Of a stretch of DNA of 64,000 nucleotides, positions 1 through 8,821 are shown piece after piece (the first letter of the stretch is position 1; each line of letters opens with the position of its first letter). The notes under the pieces are model-generated. The model was given only the letters and a program-made list of their open reading frames with translations. It was not told where the DNA came from and did no database searches. The position numbers and the translations under genes are program-made. Source of the stretch: a virus. The DNA is taken from IMG/VR virus record IMGVR_UViG_3300033545_000001, positions 32,001-96,000 of that record; one strand, 5' to 3'.

Positions 1-109
1 TGCGCTGCTCATGCTGAGCGTTCAACGCGGCTTCTACGTCATAGGCCGCTTGCTCGGGACTGTGATGCATGATCTGTCCGGCCGCATCCCTGACGTAGCC
101 CCCTGACAT
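1..109 (-). CDS. Partial hypothetical protein running off the window start (MSGGYVRDAAGQIMHH...)
   Basis: ATG at 109 on the minus strand, preceded by AAGGGA; frame is open to position 1. Confidence 0.5.
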   Translation of the reverse strand, partial: MSGGYVRDAAGQIMHHSPEQAAYDVEAALNAQHEQR

Positions 110-120
110 CAAATCCCTTA

Positions 121-264
121 TCATCCACGTGCCATCCTCCGCAGCGTCCGCGCGGTAGCGAAACCAGACCAGTTCATCCATGATCGGTCCTTTCCGGTAG
201 GGAGCCATGAGCGTCTCACAGACCCCGCCACAGACAAGGATGGTGTAGCCAACCGAAGCATCAT
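121..264 (-). CDS. Small hypothetical protein
   Basis: Part of ORF 121..306; stop lies just upstream of the next gene's RBS; start codon uncertain. Confidence 0.35.
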   Translation of the reverse strand: MMLRLATPSLSVAGSVRRSWLPTGKDRSWMNWSGFATARTLRRMARG

Positions 265-730
265 CGTAATCAGATCGTTATGATCGTAAGGTTCTAGGGA
301 GGTCAACGGCTCTTACTCATCTGGTGAGTAAGAGCGGCTAGATACAGTCATCAGAGATCTGATATCCCCATGAGCAGCGCTATTGCACTATCCATGTATA
401 TCAATGAATGAGCACAGCTTGTATCAAGAAACGTACATAGTCCTAGGTATGAGCACAAGTCATAGTTCTGGTATGTTTTCAATACCATTGCATATACGAA
501 TGTGATATCACATTAAGGTGTATTGAGCAGAGGTATTCAAACCACTACTAAAACAGAACCCTTATGAGCACAGCGCTATACATATAGACCTAGATATAGA
601 CCTATCCATAGACATATACATGCCCAGTGAGCAGCCCTGACAGCCTGCCCTAGATATAGCCCACGCGCCTCGCGCGCCCATACAGAGAGCCCGTCAGCAC
701 AGGCATACACACGCTAGGGCTACACCTAGC

Positions 731-783
731 CCTACACCTATCCGCACCACCCCGCGCCTTACCTACACCTATCCGCACCACCC
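731..783. repeat. 22-bp direct repeat CCTACACCTATCCGCACCACCC x2
   Basis: Exact copies at 731-752 and 762-783. Confidence 0.9.
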
Positions 784-955
784 AATAGTAAGGCACATCA
801 GCACACTGTCATAAGGCCATTGACCACTACATATAGATCCCCAGCACATACAAACCACTACATGTAGTCATTGACCAGCCACTGTGTACATTCACACCTA
901 TATATACTCACTGCATACACACACTGAGACACCTATATACATCAGCCTACTTACA

Positions 956-1059
956 TACACTCCCGAACGGTCGTGAGGTACACACTCTCATGTCAGCCTG
1001 CTCATACTCTGCTCATCTCATCACCCTTACACTCCCGAACGGTCGTGAGGTACACACTC
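956..1059. repeat. 32-bp direct repeat TACACTCCCGAACGGTCGTGAGGTACACACTC x2
   Basis: Exact copies at 956-987 and 1028-1059. Confidence 0.9.
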
Positions 1060-1425
1060 CATACAGCGCTAGCGCTACATATTCTTATATCCACATCCAT
1101 ACATACACAGTGTGGCAGTACCATGGCAGGGCTAGGATGTCAGAGGGTTGACGTAGGAGGGGCTTATATCAGGGTCCTGAGCCCAGAGGGAGGGGCGGTT
1201 TTAGCCGCCGGAGTATTTTTAGGATCTTGCTTCGATTGATTTAGGTGTAATTGTGTATATTAGGAACTTGATAAAATGATTAAGATCAGAGCATGAGTGT
1301 TCTATTATCGAACAAAACCATTGAGAATTCGTCTTGTGCACTGTAAAGTATAGGCTAAACGTTCTATTATCGAACACCAGACTGCTATTTAGGCTTAAAT
1401 CCTGAAAATCTGCCCCTCTACTAGG

Positions 1426-1455
1426 TTGACAAATGACAAGCAGCTGTGGTAGTCT
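1426..1455 (+). promoter_or_regulatory. Sigma70/HrdB-type early promoter
   Basis: TTGACA-N18-TAGTCT with TGG extended -10, upstream of the first rightward gene. Confidence 0.65.
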
Positions 1456-1485
1456 TGGAGCTTGGACAGCTGATAAGGAGGCACT

Positions 1486-1758
1486 GTGAGTGGTGTAGGC
1501 GAGAGCGACCTGCGAGAGGTTGAAGAGGCTGCTATGGCCGTTTTGGAGGTGGATGGCATATCTGTGGATTGGAATACTGGGCAGTTGCACAGGGCTGGCA
1601 TGTTCTCTGTCAAGGAGGATGTCTTGATGACTGGTGATGCCTATACCAGCGATGATTTAAGCATGGTTCAAGACATGGAATGGTTCTATGAGACTTCCCC
1701 GCTGGCATTCGGGGCTTTCGACTGCTATGAAGAGGCCAGATTTTGGAGCCATCCTTGA
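1486..1758 (+). CDS. Hypothetical acidic protein
   Basis: Strong RBS AAGGAGG before GTG; downstream of a promoter. Confidence 0.7.
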   Translation: MSGVGESDLREVEEAAMAVLEVDGISVDWNTGQLHRAGMFSVKEDVLMTGDAYTSDDLSMVQDMEWFYETSPLAFGAFDCYEEARFWSHP

Positions 1759-1874
1759 AAACCGTGCATCTTACTGTCCTGATCGATAGGGCTGGGGACC
1801 ACTACTACGATAGTCACTATTGTGACGGTTGTGTCCATAACTGTCCCCATGACGGCTGTGCTGCTATGAATTGA
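1755..1874 (+). CDS. 39-aa Cys/His-rich peptide
   Basis: TTG start overlaps the upstream stop, GGAG RBS; HYCDGCVHNCPHDGC. Confidence 0.45.
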   Translation: MKTVHLTVLIDRAGDHYYDSHYCDGCVHNCPHDGCAAMN

Positions 1875-1875
1875 G

Positions 1876-1904
1876 TTGACATTATCCTCAAGGTGTGCTA
1901 TAGT
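1876..1904 (+). promoter_or_regulatory. Sigma70-type promoter
   Basis: TTGACA-N17-TATAGT with TG extension. Confidence 0.7.
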
Positions 1905-1954
1905 GGTATCAAGAACCGGATGGGCCTGGGAAATAAGACAGTCCGAGGATACTC

Positions 1955-2140
1955 GTGGGTATTTCCATCACAGCCCTTTGGATAGGGGCTTCAGCAGTAA
2001 TTTATTGGCTGTGTGCTTCAACCGGATCCCCCCTACTGAGACTCTATGTCTGGCTATGGGTTAAATCTCACATGAGACTATGGAATGCCCAGTACAGGCA
2101 CAAGCTCGCTTATCAGGAGGAAGAGGATGAAAATGCCTGA
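1955..2140 (+). CDS. Small membrane protein
   Basis: Hydrophobic N-terminus, GAGG RBS, coupled to the next gene. Confidence 0.6.
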   Translation: MGISITALWIGASAVIYWLCASTGSPLLRLYVWLWVKSHMRLWNAQYRHKLAYQEEEDENA

Positions 2141-2417
2141 GACTATTGACTATGTAGCGTTTCTCCGATTCGACCGAGATGCGTCAACTACCTCTGACGA
2201 ATTCATGGCCAAAATTATCGTGACAGCCAGTATAAACAAGGCTGCCTTAGGGGTTGGCCTTAAAAGCGGGATCGCTGAACTTGACTTCAGCATTGTTGAA
2301 GGCCAGGAATGGAACGAGATCAAGCGTATCGCTTTAGAGACTGGCGGAGTCGAAATCATAGGGATCTATCGTAAAGATGAGATCGATGAAGAAGAGATAG
2401 CAGTCTACAATGGCTGA
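2133..2417 (+). CDS. Hypothetical protein
   Basis: ATG at 2133 with GAGG RBS, within ORF 2085..2417. Confidence 0.65.
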   Translation: MPETIDYVAFLRFDRDASTTSDEFMAKIIVTASINKAALGVGLKSGIAELDFSIVEGQEWNEIKRIALETGGVEIIGIYRKDEIDEEEIAVYNG

Positions 2418-2649
2418 TTCTACGAAGGCGTCTTGCGGCAGATGCAGTTCGAAATGGACTGGGATGGGACGTTGTCACTGTGGTGGCTGCCATCAGACAT
2501 TTGCGGGACTGAAAGCTTTCGATGCCCATCAGGTTGGAGGCAGTCCGTGTGTGGATCCAGCCCTGCGGGGTATGGTAGAAGTAAGCAAACCGTGGGGCAT
2601 TATGTGGAGCTTGGGTTCCAACCCTTATGAAAGACTCAATGAAGATTAA
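2410..2649 (+). CDS. Phage FDXHR-type zinc-binding protein
   Basis: CxxC..W.G...CHCxxCH.TF....AFDAHQ...C.DP pattern. Confidence 0.7.
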   Translation: MADSTKASCGRCSSKWTGMGRCHCGGCHQTFAGLKAFDAHQVGGSPCVDPALRGMVEVSKPWGIMWSLGSNPYERLNED

Positions 2650-2662
2650 TTGGAGATGAGAA

Positions 2663-2920
2663 GTGAAGAAGCTTGTCTACAGACTCATCTTCATGCTGGA
2701 TTACATCCCCCGCTATGGACGTACTTACACTATGCGGCCCGGGGATGAAGGAATAAGCTTCGGCAAGCCTGTTTGGAAATTCATGGGCACTGGCCTATGG
2801 GGATACAACATGCTTGACCATTTGAATCTTCTCGACGCGGCTTTAAAGCAATTATATGGCTCCGTTGATGAAATAGACGAGGGGAAGGCGCCTTCCCCCA
2901 TTCCTAAAAAGGAGAAATAA
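2663..2920 (+). CDS. Hypothetical protein
   Basis: GGAG RBS, operon context. Confidence 0.6.
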   Translation: MKKLVYRLIFMLDYIPRYGRTYTMRPGDEGISFGKPVWKFMGTGLWGYNMLDHLNLLDAALKQLYGSVDEIDEGKAPSPIPKKEK

Positions 2921-2924
2921 AACA

Positions 2925-3281
2925 ATGTTCAACACTAAAGCAATCAAGGCCGATCTGGAAGCCAAGCTGGCTCAGGTCAAGAAGGATGCAGAGAAGGCCG
3001 CTCAGACTCTGAGGGACCGTGTGGCGAACCTGGAGAAGACAGCTGAGGCTCTTGTCAAGGCCGATGCTCCAGTTGTGGCAGCCGATATTACCAAGATTGC
3101 AGCCGATCTGGCAGCCGTCGTTACCCGTGTAGAGGCTCTAGAGGCCACTGCCAAGGTTAAGGGCCTCCAGGAAGCTGCAACAGCCGCTGCGAACATCACT
3201 AAGGCAGCCAGCAAGGCTAAGGCAGCCAGCAAGGTTGAGGTAGCAGCACCAGCAGCAGAGGCTGTAACCGAGAAGGCCTGA
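2925..3281 (+). CDS. Ala/Lys-rich coiled-coil protein
   Basis: AAGGAG RBS, heptad pattern, followed by a terminator. Confidence 0.75.
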   Translation: MFNTKAIKADLEAKLAQVKKDAEKAAQTLRDRVANLEKTAEALVKADAPVVAADITKIAADLAAVVTRVEALEATAKVKGLQEAATAAANITKAASKAKAASKVEVAAPAAEAVTEKA

Positions 3282-3298
3282 TATTGACAACGGAGAAG

Positions 3299-3337
3299 GT
3301 CCCTGGTACCCTTGAGGTACTGGGGATTTTTCCTTTT
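3299..3337 (+). terminator. Probable intrinsic terminator, overlapping a possible promoter (TTGACA 3284, N17, TACCCT)
   Basis: TCCCTGGTACC/GGTACTGGGGA stem with G-U pairs, then a T-rich tract. Confidence 0.55.
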
Positions 3338-3344
3338 AAGGAGC

Positions 3345-3548
3345 ATGATGACTGACAAGAGAGCCCAGAGCAACAAGGTAAGAAGTCTTGAGAGCAGAGT
3401 GAAGACCCTGGAAAAAGGAATGCAGGCTCTAGCAGAGGCGTACTGGTCTCTCTATAGGGCCTACAACGCTAATATGCTGTATTTGGAGAAACATGGCATA
3501 TTGCCGCCATCCCCGCCTCCAGCTATTCACACTCCTGCCCATAATTAA
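3345..3548 (+). CDS. Hypothetical coiled-coil protein
   Basis: AAGGAG RBS before ATG at 3345. Confidence 0.65.
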   Translation: MMTDKRAQSNKVRSLESRVKTLEKGMQALAEAYWSLYRAYNANMLYLEKHGILPPSPPPAIHTPAHN

Positions 3549-3557
3549 GGAGAAGAT

Positions 3558-4064
3558 ATGTGCTTAGATGAAGAAGTTGTAATACTAGATATCCCAGAAG
3601 CAGAAATGCTGAAACGTTCAGACGATCCCTGGAAGGATGAGGAGAGATCGGACGGCAATTTCGGCCACTGTGGAGCCCACATCGTACACATCTACAAGAT
3701 TCCAAAAATGATCCCTATCGGGGAACCCGATAAGGTCAACGGTATTCTGTGGCAAATGTCCAAGGAGTCTGATACAGAGTTTGAGTATGAAGTAGATGTT
3801 CTCAAGCATCACTCTACTTGTGACGAGCTTCCGTACGACGTAGAATGCGCTTTAGATGCTCACCTGTGCCACGACGGTTGGCGTGAGCTGTTGGAGTCAA
3901 CCCAGTTCATGGAACCCTTCACAGAGACTCCTGAGGGCTTCTGGAAGGTATGGGTGTGCTGGGAGAAGTCTTGGGTGGACAACTGGAGTCACTGGGGATG
4001 GGACTATAGTGCGTACCTGGACTTCACCAGGATAGACGGCAAGGAATATGAAGCCTATGTATGA
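3558..4064 (+). CDS. Hypothetical acidic, Trp-rich protein
   Basis: AAGGAG RBS, 168-aa ORF. Confidence 0.7.
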   Translation: MCLDEEVVILDIPEAEMLKRSDDPWKDEERSDGNFGHCGAHIVHIYKIPKMIPIGEPDKVNGILWQMSKESDTEFEYEVDVLKHHSTCDELPYDVECALDAHLCHDGWRELLESTQFMEPFTETPEGFWKVWVCWEKSWVDNWSHWGWDYSAYLDFTRIDGKEYEAYV

Positions 4065-4371
4065 GGAAGTTACAGGAAGATCAGATGATAGAACTCCCAA
4101 TGAGCAGGACATGCTACGTTCTATCTATACTGAGAACCATCAGTATCAAGTGTGGGTGCACAGAGAGATGAAAGGCAACTTCTTACATGAAGAAGACGCT
4201 AAAAAGGCAGCAGCTCACATCTGGGAACACAAGGGTTACGATACAGTAAGATTCAGGTGGGAATCTCCTGTCTCTAATATACTATTACTGGAGATCCAAT
4301 CCCCTGCTGGGGACAGATGGATGACTTCAGATACTTTCATAGTACAGATAGACGTGAAAGTCTACAACTAG
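4048..4371 (+). CDS. Hypothetical protein
   Basis: Overlaps the upstream gene; ends at a terminator. Confidence 0.65.
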   Translation: MKPMYEEVTGRSDDRTPNEQDMLRSIYTENHQYQVWVHREMKGNFLHEEDAKKAAAHIWEHKGYDTVRFRWESPVSNILLLEIQSPAGDRWMTSDTFIVQIDVKVYN

Positions 4372-4372
4372 C

Positions 4373-4402
4373 AAAGGACCAGCTGATATCAGCTGGTCCT
4401 TT
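4373..4402. terminator. Bidirectional intrinsic terminator
   Basis: Perfect 30-bp palindrome AAAGGACCAGCTGATATCAGCTGGTCCTTT between convergent genes. Confidence 0.85.
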
Positions 4403-4409
4403 TACATCT

Positions 4410-4649
4410 TCATGGGGTTCCATCGGGATTAGCCCAAGAGAGACTGCTCAAGACAGTTGATTTATAAGACACTATGGCCTTCTTCGTCATCATCTGCCCT
4501 GTCCATAAACGAGCAAGTTCCCTACCCAGGGCATTAATCTCTTCCTGGGTAGGGTCCTGCTCTGCAAAACTGTCCACTGAAAGCTGCATCACCATATAAA
4601 TGGAAGGCAGCTCTTTTGCTACATCTAACTCAGAAGTTTCCATATTCAC
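4410..4649 (-). CDS. Hypothetical protein
   Basis: Follows Pnkp on the same strand and ends at the terminator. Confidence 0.55.
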   Translation of the reverse strand: MNMETSELDVAKELPSIYMVMQLSVDSFAEQDPTQEEINALGRELARLWTGQMMTKKAIVSYKSTVLSSLSWANPDGTP

Positions 4650-4655
4650 TACTAA

Positions 4656-5576
4656 CTAAAAATTACCGTACCCGACTTGTAGAGTACGAATGTTCATTTC
4701 TCTCCACAGTCTTACAATCTGATCACGATCATCCAAAGCGAACAGTACATTGTACTTACCGCGAATATGCTCATTGAATAGATCGTACTTTATGTTGAAG
4801 TCTGGCCTTTCACCATCTTCGTCTGCCCTCATGAGCAAGGTGCTGTCCATCTCGTCCAAGAAGAAGGCTTTTGCGAGCCACTTCTCAGTCTTGGCCTTGA
4901 CAGAAGGAGTTCCTTTACGCCCTGACAGGAAGAACACCTTGATAGGCGCGCCTCCTGCATCACGATAGGCTAGATCCAAAGCCCAGACTATCGAAGATAC
5001 AGTGTTGTCTACAAGATCCGTGTCGCATTTTTCGGCATCATAGGGATCTCTGCCATTGTGAATAGCCAAAGTACCGTCCAGGTCCACAATAATGGCATCA
5101 GGAAGGCCTCTAATCTTGCTAACCTTCTCCACCTGAGGCCATACGTTCATGTAAGCCTCTGACAGCTTCCATTTACCTATACTCTTTGCCATACTCCTGA
5201 TGACAGTTTCCCCAACGGGATTGTCTCGGAGAGCGTCTTGCTCAATGCACTTCTCGACGTTAACGTCAAGCAGACTGATCACCTTGAAGGAAGCTCTGCC
5301 GCCAATTCTGCGCCTGAGCAGTCCAGGGATCTTAGCATGCAAGTGTGTATTGTCTACGACAACATCCTGACCCTCCTCTACCGCAGCTTCTACAGCAGAC
5401 AGCATCGCCTCGATAGCGACCTTCTCCTTCTGCTTCGACCAAGATGCTTGACTTGTCCAGCCCATCATCTTGCGAGTGTCGTCAAGATTCACTCGCAGTG
5501 CGTTAATCTTCTTAGCCACAGTACTCTTTCCAGACCCAGGCAAACCGCAAAGCATAGTGATTTCAGGCTTAGCCAT
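4656..5576 (-). CDS. pseT: Polynucleotide kinase/3'-phosphatase (T4 PseT-like)
   Basis: N-terminal P-loop GLPGSGKST, VVVDNTH; C-terminal HAD DLDGT, FFLSGR, LDDRDQIVRLWR. Confidence 0.92.
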   Translation of the reverse strand: MAKPEITMLCGLPGSGKSTVAKKINALRVNLDDTRKMMGWTSQASWSKQKEKVAIEAMLSAVEAAVEEGQDVVVDNTHLHAKIPGLLRRRIGGRASFKVISLLDVNVEKCIEQDALRDNPVGETVIRSMAKSIGKWKLSEAYMNVWPQVEKVSKIRGLPDAIIVDLDGTLAIHNGRDPYDAEKCDTDLVDNTVSSIVWALDLAYRDAGGAPIKVFFLSGRKGTPSVKAKTEKWLAKAFFLDEMDSTLLMRADEDGERPDFNIKYDLFNEHIRGKYNVLFALDDRDQIVRLWREMNIRTLQVGYGNF

Positions 5577-5687
5577 TGTTTAAGTTCCTCTCTGCTACAG
5601 CTAGACACATATTTATAAAATCTATTAAAGAAGGCATAAAGAAAGGCCTGCCATCACTGTCACCACTGGTTTCTTGTTCATGGTTTC

Positions 5688-5716
5688 AGTATAGCAGGCC
5701 TTCTCTGATCGGTCAA
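5688..5716 (-). promoter_or_regulatory. Sigma70-type promoter upstream of Pnkp
   Basis: TTGACC-N17-TATACT with TG extension, ATG 6 nt downstream. Confidence 0.65.
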
Positions 5717-6942
5717 CTGTCAGCTGCGAATGGCTTGGTAGCTGCTGGCTTGAACAACTTCCAAGCCAGCTCTTCCAATTTCTTGTTATTCTGGTCTAGA
5801 AGGAAGAATAGTCCAGGCCTTACCAGGTTATATTTACTGGCTACTAGAAGAGCAAACTCCTTGCGATATTCCCCTGCCACAGGCAGATGGTCTCTATTGA
5901 AGTCAAGCTCTTTCAAAATATTGTCGAATGTTTCATTAACATGATCAATGTAGTCGTAAACATCTTTGATAAGACTGTTATTTACACTTATTACCCAGTC
6001 ACGAAATTCATCTGGGACATTCTCAAGGTATCCATAGAGGTCCAATCCTTGAGATACAACTTCCCAGATTGTTCGTTCTGTGCACCCTGTGAGTACTTTG
6101 TGCAACCGGAGGTAGTCCCCCAGCTTAATCTTACAGCGAGTACCGCTGCTGAAACGGATAACATAACCTTCTGCTTCAATACCAGAAGTGGTTTCGTCAT
6201 AATCTGATCCTTCACCAAATAAAATGTTTACATCGGCCATGGTTTGAAGATCGTCTAGACTAACACCTTGAGGCTCGAATTCAGGAACACTGCTGCCTAT
6301 AGGGTTCCAATCATTCTTGACGACTTGATTCAAGACCTCCTCCCCTGTAAGATTCCAGTAAGAAGTTATAAGAACCAAATCTTCACGGCTACCATAGTCT
6401 ACCACAATGCGATTGTCTGGATAGATTATCTCACATACATAAGTGTAGTCTACCAGCAAGGGATTGAACCAGCACCACACACAATCCGGGGCATTACCTT
6501 CCCCAGGATGTATGCAGCAGCCAGTAATTATTTTGTCCCTGAGGTATTTAGTAGCCCAAACAGCTTGATCGGAATGGAAAGAACCCTTAGTGGCGACATG
6601 CCACTCCCCAGCGTAGAAAAAGACAGTGGCCATAGAGCCGTCCATCTTAGAGAAGATCTGAAAATCTTCAGTCAGAGGAAGTCCTTGAGCGTAAGACTTG
6701 CCGTTAACATACTCTGAGTAGTTGAAGAACTTAGGCATACAGAACGCAACAATCTCTCCTGAGCTGTCAACCACAAGCCCCCTGCATTTACGAGTAGCAT
6801 CATTCCACACTGCGTCGAACTGAGCCAGCTCCGCATAAGTATACAAAGTCAAGGGCAGCTCACTATGCTTGACTACTCGAACCCAACCAGCTTCGATGGA
6901 AGCCTCAAGCTCTGCTACATCTAGGTACTCATCCAGCTGCAT
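5713..6942 (-). CDS. RNA ligase, T4 Rnl1 family
   Basis: CRGLV, PKFFNY, motif I KMDGS, ATKGSF, EIIYPDNRIVVDY, EGYV, KIK; start at MQLDEY with AGAGG RBS. Confidence 0.9.
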   Translation of the reverse strand: MQLDEYLDVAELEASIEAGWVRVVKHSELPLTLYTYAELAQFDAVWNDATRKCRGLVVDSSGEIVAFCMPKFFNYSEYVNGKSYAQGLPLTEDFQIFSKMDGSMATVFFYAGEWHVATKGSFHSDQAVWATKYLRDKIITGCCIHPGEGNAPDCVWCWFNPLLVDYTYVCEIIYPDNRIVVDYGSREDLVLITSYWNLTGEEVLNQVVKNDWNPIGSSVPEFEPQGVSLDDLQTMADVNILFGEGSDYDETTSGIEAEGYVIRFSSGTRCKIKLGDYLRLHKVLTGCTERTIWEVVSQGLDLYGYLENVPDEFRDWVISVNNSLIKDVYDYIDHVNETFDNILKELDFNRDHLPVAGEYRKEFALLVASKYNLVRPGLFFLLDQNNKKLEELAWKLFKPAATKPFAADS

Positions 6943-6955
6943 GGTGACAGTCCTC

Positions 6956-7144
6956 TCACTTGATCTTAAGACTAACATCTGTTAGGGTTTTTCTTGTATG
7001 GTACAGGAAATGAAATGCGCCCCCTACCCCCGCTACCCAGGTCAGGGGCATAACCCCTGCTGGACGATAGGTAGGAAGCCATTCGAAATTCCTTGTCCAC
7101 ATGGACTTCGAGGTGTTCCGACGATGCCCGCCCCCTGAGGCCAT
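6956..7144 (-). CDS. Small hypothetical protein
   Basis: Lies between a promoter and the ligase on the same strand. Confidence 0.45.
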   Translation of the reverse strand: MASGGGHRRNTSKSMWTRNFEWLPTYRPAGVMPLTWVAGVGGAFHFLYHTRKTLTDVSLKIK

Positions 7145-7230
7145 GACATCAATCTTTCGCTCTTATGGAGCCTGGCTATGCGGTCCAGATACAGAGTGCT
7201 CAGGTTAAGCCGAGCAGACGTACGTGAGTA

Positions 7231-7259
7231 ACTCTACCGTACTTGGAGCTGATTGTCAA
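7231..7259 (-). promoter_or_regulatory. Sigma70-type promoter
   Basis: TTGACA-N17-TAGAGT on the minus strand. Confidence 0.6.
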
Positions 7260-7278
7260 GTAGGCTCTGAGAGCCATT

Positions 7279-7554
7279 TTAAGGACTTCGTGGCCACGCC
7301 TGGCTGTACCTGTCGGCTACCTTGCCAAAACGGCTGGAGAAGGCCTTCTGTGCCTCTTCTAGGCTCTTACAGGACCATAGCGTCCTGAGTCCTACGAAGG
7401 TCGATTCTAGGAAGGCATCCGCTATCATGAGTATCATAATCAGCACGACGAAGGTGATGACGAAGGCAGCAGCTCCAGCTACAATAGCTAGTGCGGAGGC
7501 TGCTACTGCTCCTAAAGATAAGTATTTTATAGTGCGAGATAGTAAATAGATCAT
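7279..7554 (-). CDS. Membrane protein
   Basis: Long hydrophobic segment, AGGAGG RBS, promoter upstream. Confidence 0.7.
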   Translation of the reverse strand: MIYLLSRTIKYLSLGAVAASALAIVAGAAAFVITFVVLIMILMIADAFLESTFVGLRTLWSCKSLEEAQKAFSSRFGKVADRYSQAWPRSP

Positions 7555-7576
7555 AGTTCCTCCTTTCTATGACTCA

Positions 7577-7605
7577 AACCTACCACGAGAGTTGACAGAT
7601 GTCAA
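7577..7605 (-). promoter_or_regulatory. Sigma70-type promoter
   Basis: TTGACA-N17-TAGGTT with TGG extension. Confidence 0.6.
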
Positions 7606-7835
7606 GCGACAACAAGAGCAATGAGCAGCTTTCTGAGCGTCCTACCTGTGCAGGGTGTTCACAGTCCATTTGGAGTGGCATGTATTATATAGTTACTGTG
7701 GGCTTCATTGATGATATTATCTCTGCTGATGAGGAAGAATTGGACCATTACCATCTTCATTGCTTGGATCCTTACATTGTCCTATTCGGCCAGCTGCCTG
7801 GGGAGACTATTGCCATTACTTTGCACGGGGATTGA
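7599..7835 (+). CDS. Small putative zinc-binding protein
   Basis: CxxC ... HxxC; start uncertain. Confidence 0.5.
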   Translation: MSSDNKSNEQLSERPTCAGCSQSIWSGMYYIVTVGFIDDIISADEEELDHYHLHCLDPYIVLFGQLPGETIAITLHGD

Positions 7836-7861
7836 CATTTCTTTATTGAATATGGTATGAT
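7832..7861 (+). promoter_or_regulatory. Sigma70-type promoter for the phage sigma gene
   Basis: TTGACA-N18-TATGAT with TGG extension. Confidence 0.65.
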
Positions 7862-7896
7862 GTCTATACCAACCCTTCTAGGAAATAGGTATTAGG

Positions 7897-8454
7897 TTGA
7901 GCTTTACAGATTCTGAAATAGATGCTATACTGGCCCAATACGAGCCATGGGCACGTTGGAAGGCTAGGCAGTTTCCTAAGTTTCCCGCAGAAGACCTGGT
8001 TCAAGAAGCTCTTATAGCTATGTGGAAAGAGCTTAAGAAATATGATCCTGATAAGGGCATACCTGTGGATTACATCATGAAGAGAAGATGCTCTTGGCGA
8101 ATGATGGATATAGTAGCAGGCAAGCCTTGGACCTCTTCTGATCCTTACTACAGGCACACTGGACTGAAATTCACTGCTACTCCTATGGAAGAGATGTCTA
8201 GCCAGATTAGAGATCCTTCAGCAGAGCAGGCTTTTGATTCAGCAGAGTTTTCTGCACATGCTGGAGAAATAGCTGATGCTCTTAATGGACTGACATCTAG
8301 ACAGAGAGAATATGCCGTAGTAAGATTAATGTATGGATTTAAACAGTCAGAAATTATAGAACATTTTGGTTACGAGGCTCACGGTCTTCTGACAAAGAAG
8401 CATAAGGACCAACTTCGTGAGTCTTTATCTCATTTAGAGAGTTTGGTGAAGTAG
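7897..8454 (+). CDS. Phage-encoded sigma70-family RNA polymerase sigma factor
   Basis: Region 2 EDLVQEALIAMWKELKKYDPDKG; region 4 ALNGLTSRQREYAVVRLMYGFKQSEI. Confidence 0.85.
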   Translation: MSFTDSEIDAILAQYEPWARWKARQFPKFPAEDLVQEALIAMWKELKKYDPDKGIPVDYIMKRRCSWRMMDIVAGKPWTSSDPYYRHTGLKFTATPMEEMSSQIRDPSAEQAFDSAEFSAHAGEIADALNGLTSRQREYAVVRLMYGFKQSEIIEHFGYEAHGLLTKKHKDQLRESLSHLESLVK

Positions 8455-8745
8455 ATGCCTCAAGGTGGTGGCAAGGTAAGGGTAAAGCCTCCTGCATTCA
8501 AGAGAGATTCCATTGATCTTGGACGTCATGGACGTACATGGCAGACTCTTGAAGCTTATGATTTAGAAGTGGGGGATATTATCCAAGGAAAAGGGCTTGT
8601 AGAGTCTATCGAGTCGTCCGATCTGGGGACCGCCATAGGTCTGGTGCATATCAAGCTCATTATGGGAGATGTGCTTCACTACAGCCCAGAGGACAAGGTA
8701 GAAGCCTTCTCTAAGAAGCAGATCTTGACAGACGACAGCAAGTAG
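8455..8745 (+). CDS. Hypothetical protein
   Basis: Abuts the sigma gene stop. Confidence 0.65.
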   Translation: MPQGGGKVRVKPPAFKRDSIDLGRHGRTWQTLEAYDLEVGDIIQGKGLVESIESSDLGTAIGLVHIKLIMGDVLHYSPEDKVEAFSKKQILTDDSK

Positions 8746-8753
8746 TGTAGTAT
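8725..8753 (+). promoter_or_regulatory. Sigma70-type promoter
   Basis: TTGACA-N17-TAGTAT. Confidence 0.55.
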
Positions 8754-8821
8754 AGCCCCATGGTCACATTTAACGGATCGTCACTAAATTTTAATTAAAG
8801 GTTGAAAAGGAGGTAGCGTGT

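Noticed and set aside
721-1060. CRISPR-like array from the direct repeats
   Set aside because: Only two copies of each of two unrelated repeats, irregular spacing and no cas operon; the 27650 protein is a generic phage PD-(D/E)XK nuclease
973-1613. ORFs 973..1239, 1219..1590 and 1395..1613
   Set aside because: Low-complexity or antisense frames over repeats and a promoter, with no RBS or protein-like signal
8760-8798. 12-codon leaderless uORF after the 8725 promoter
   Set aside because: Too short to support and no similarity to neighbouring gene termini
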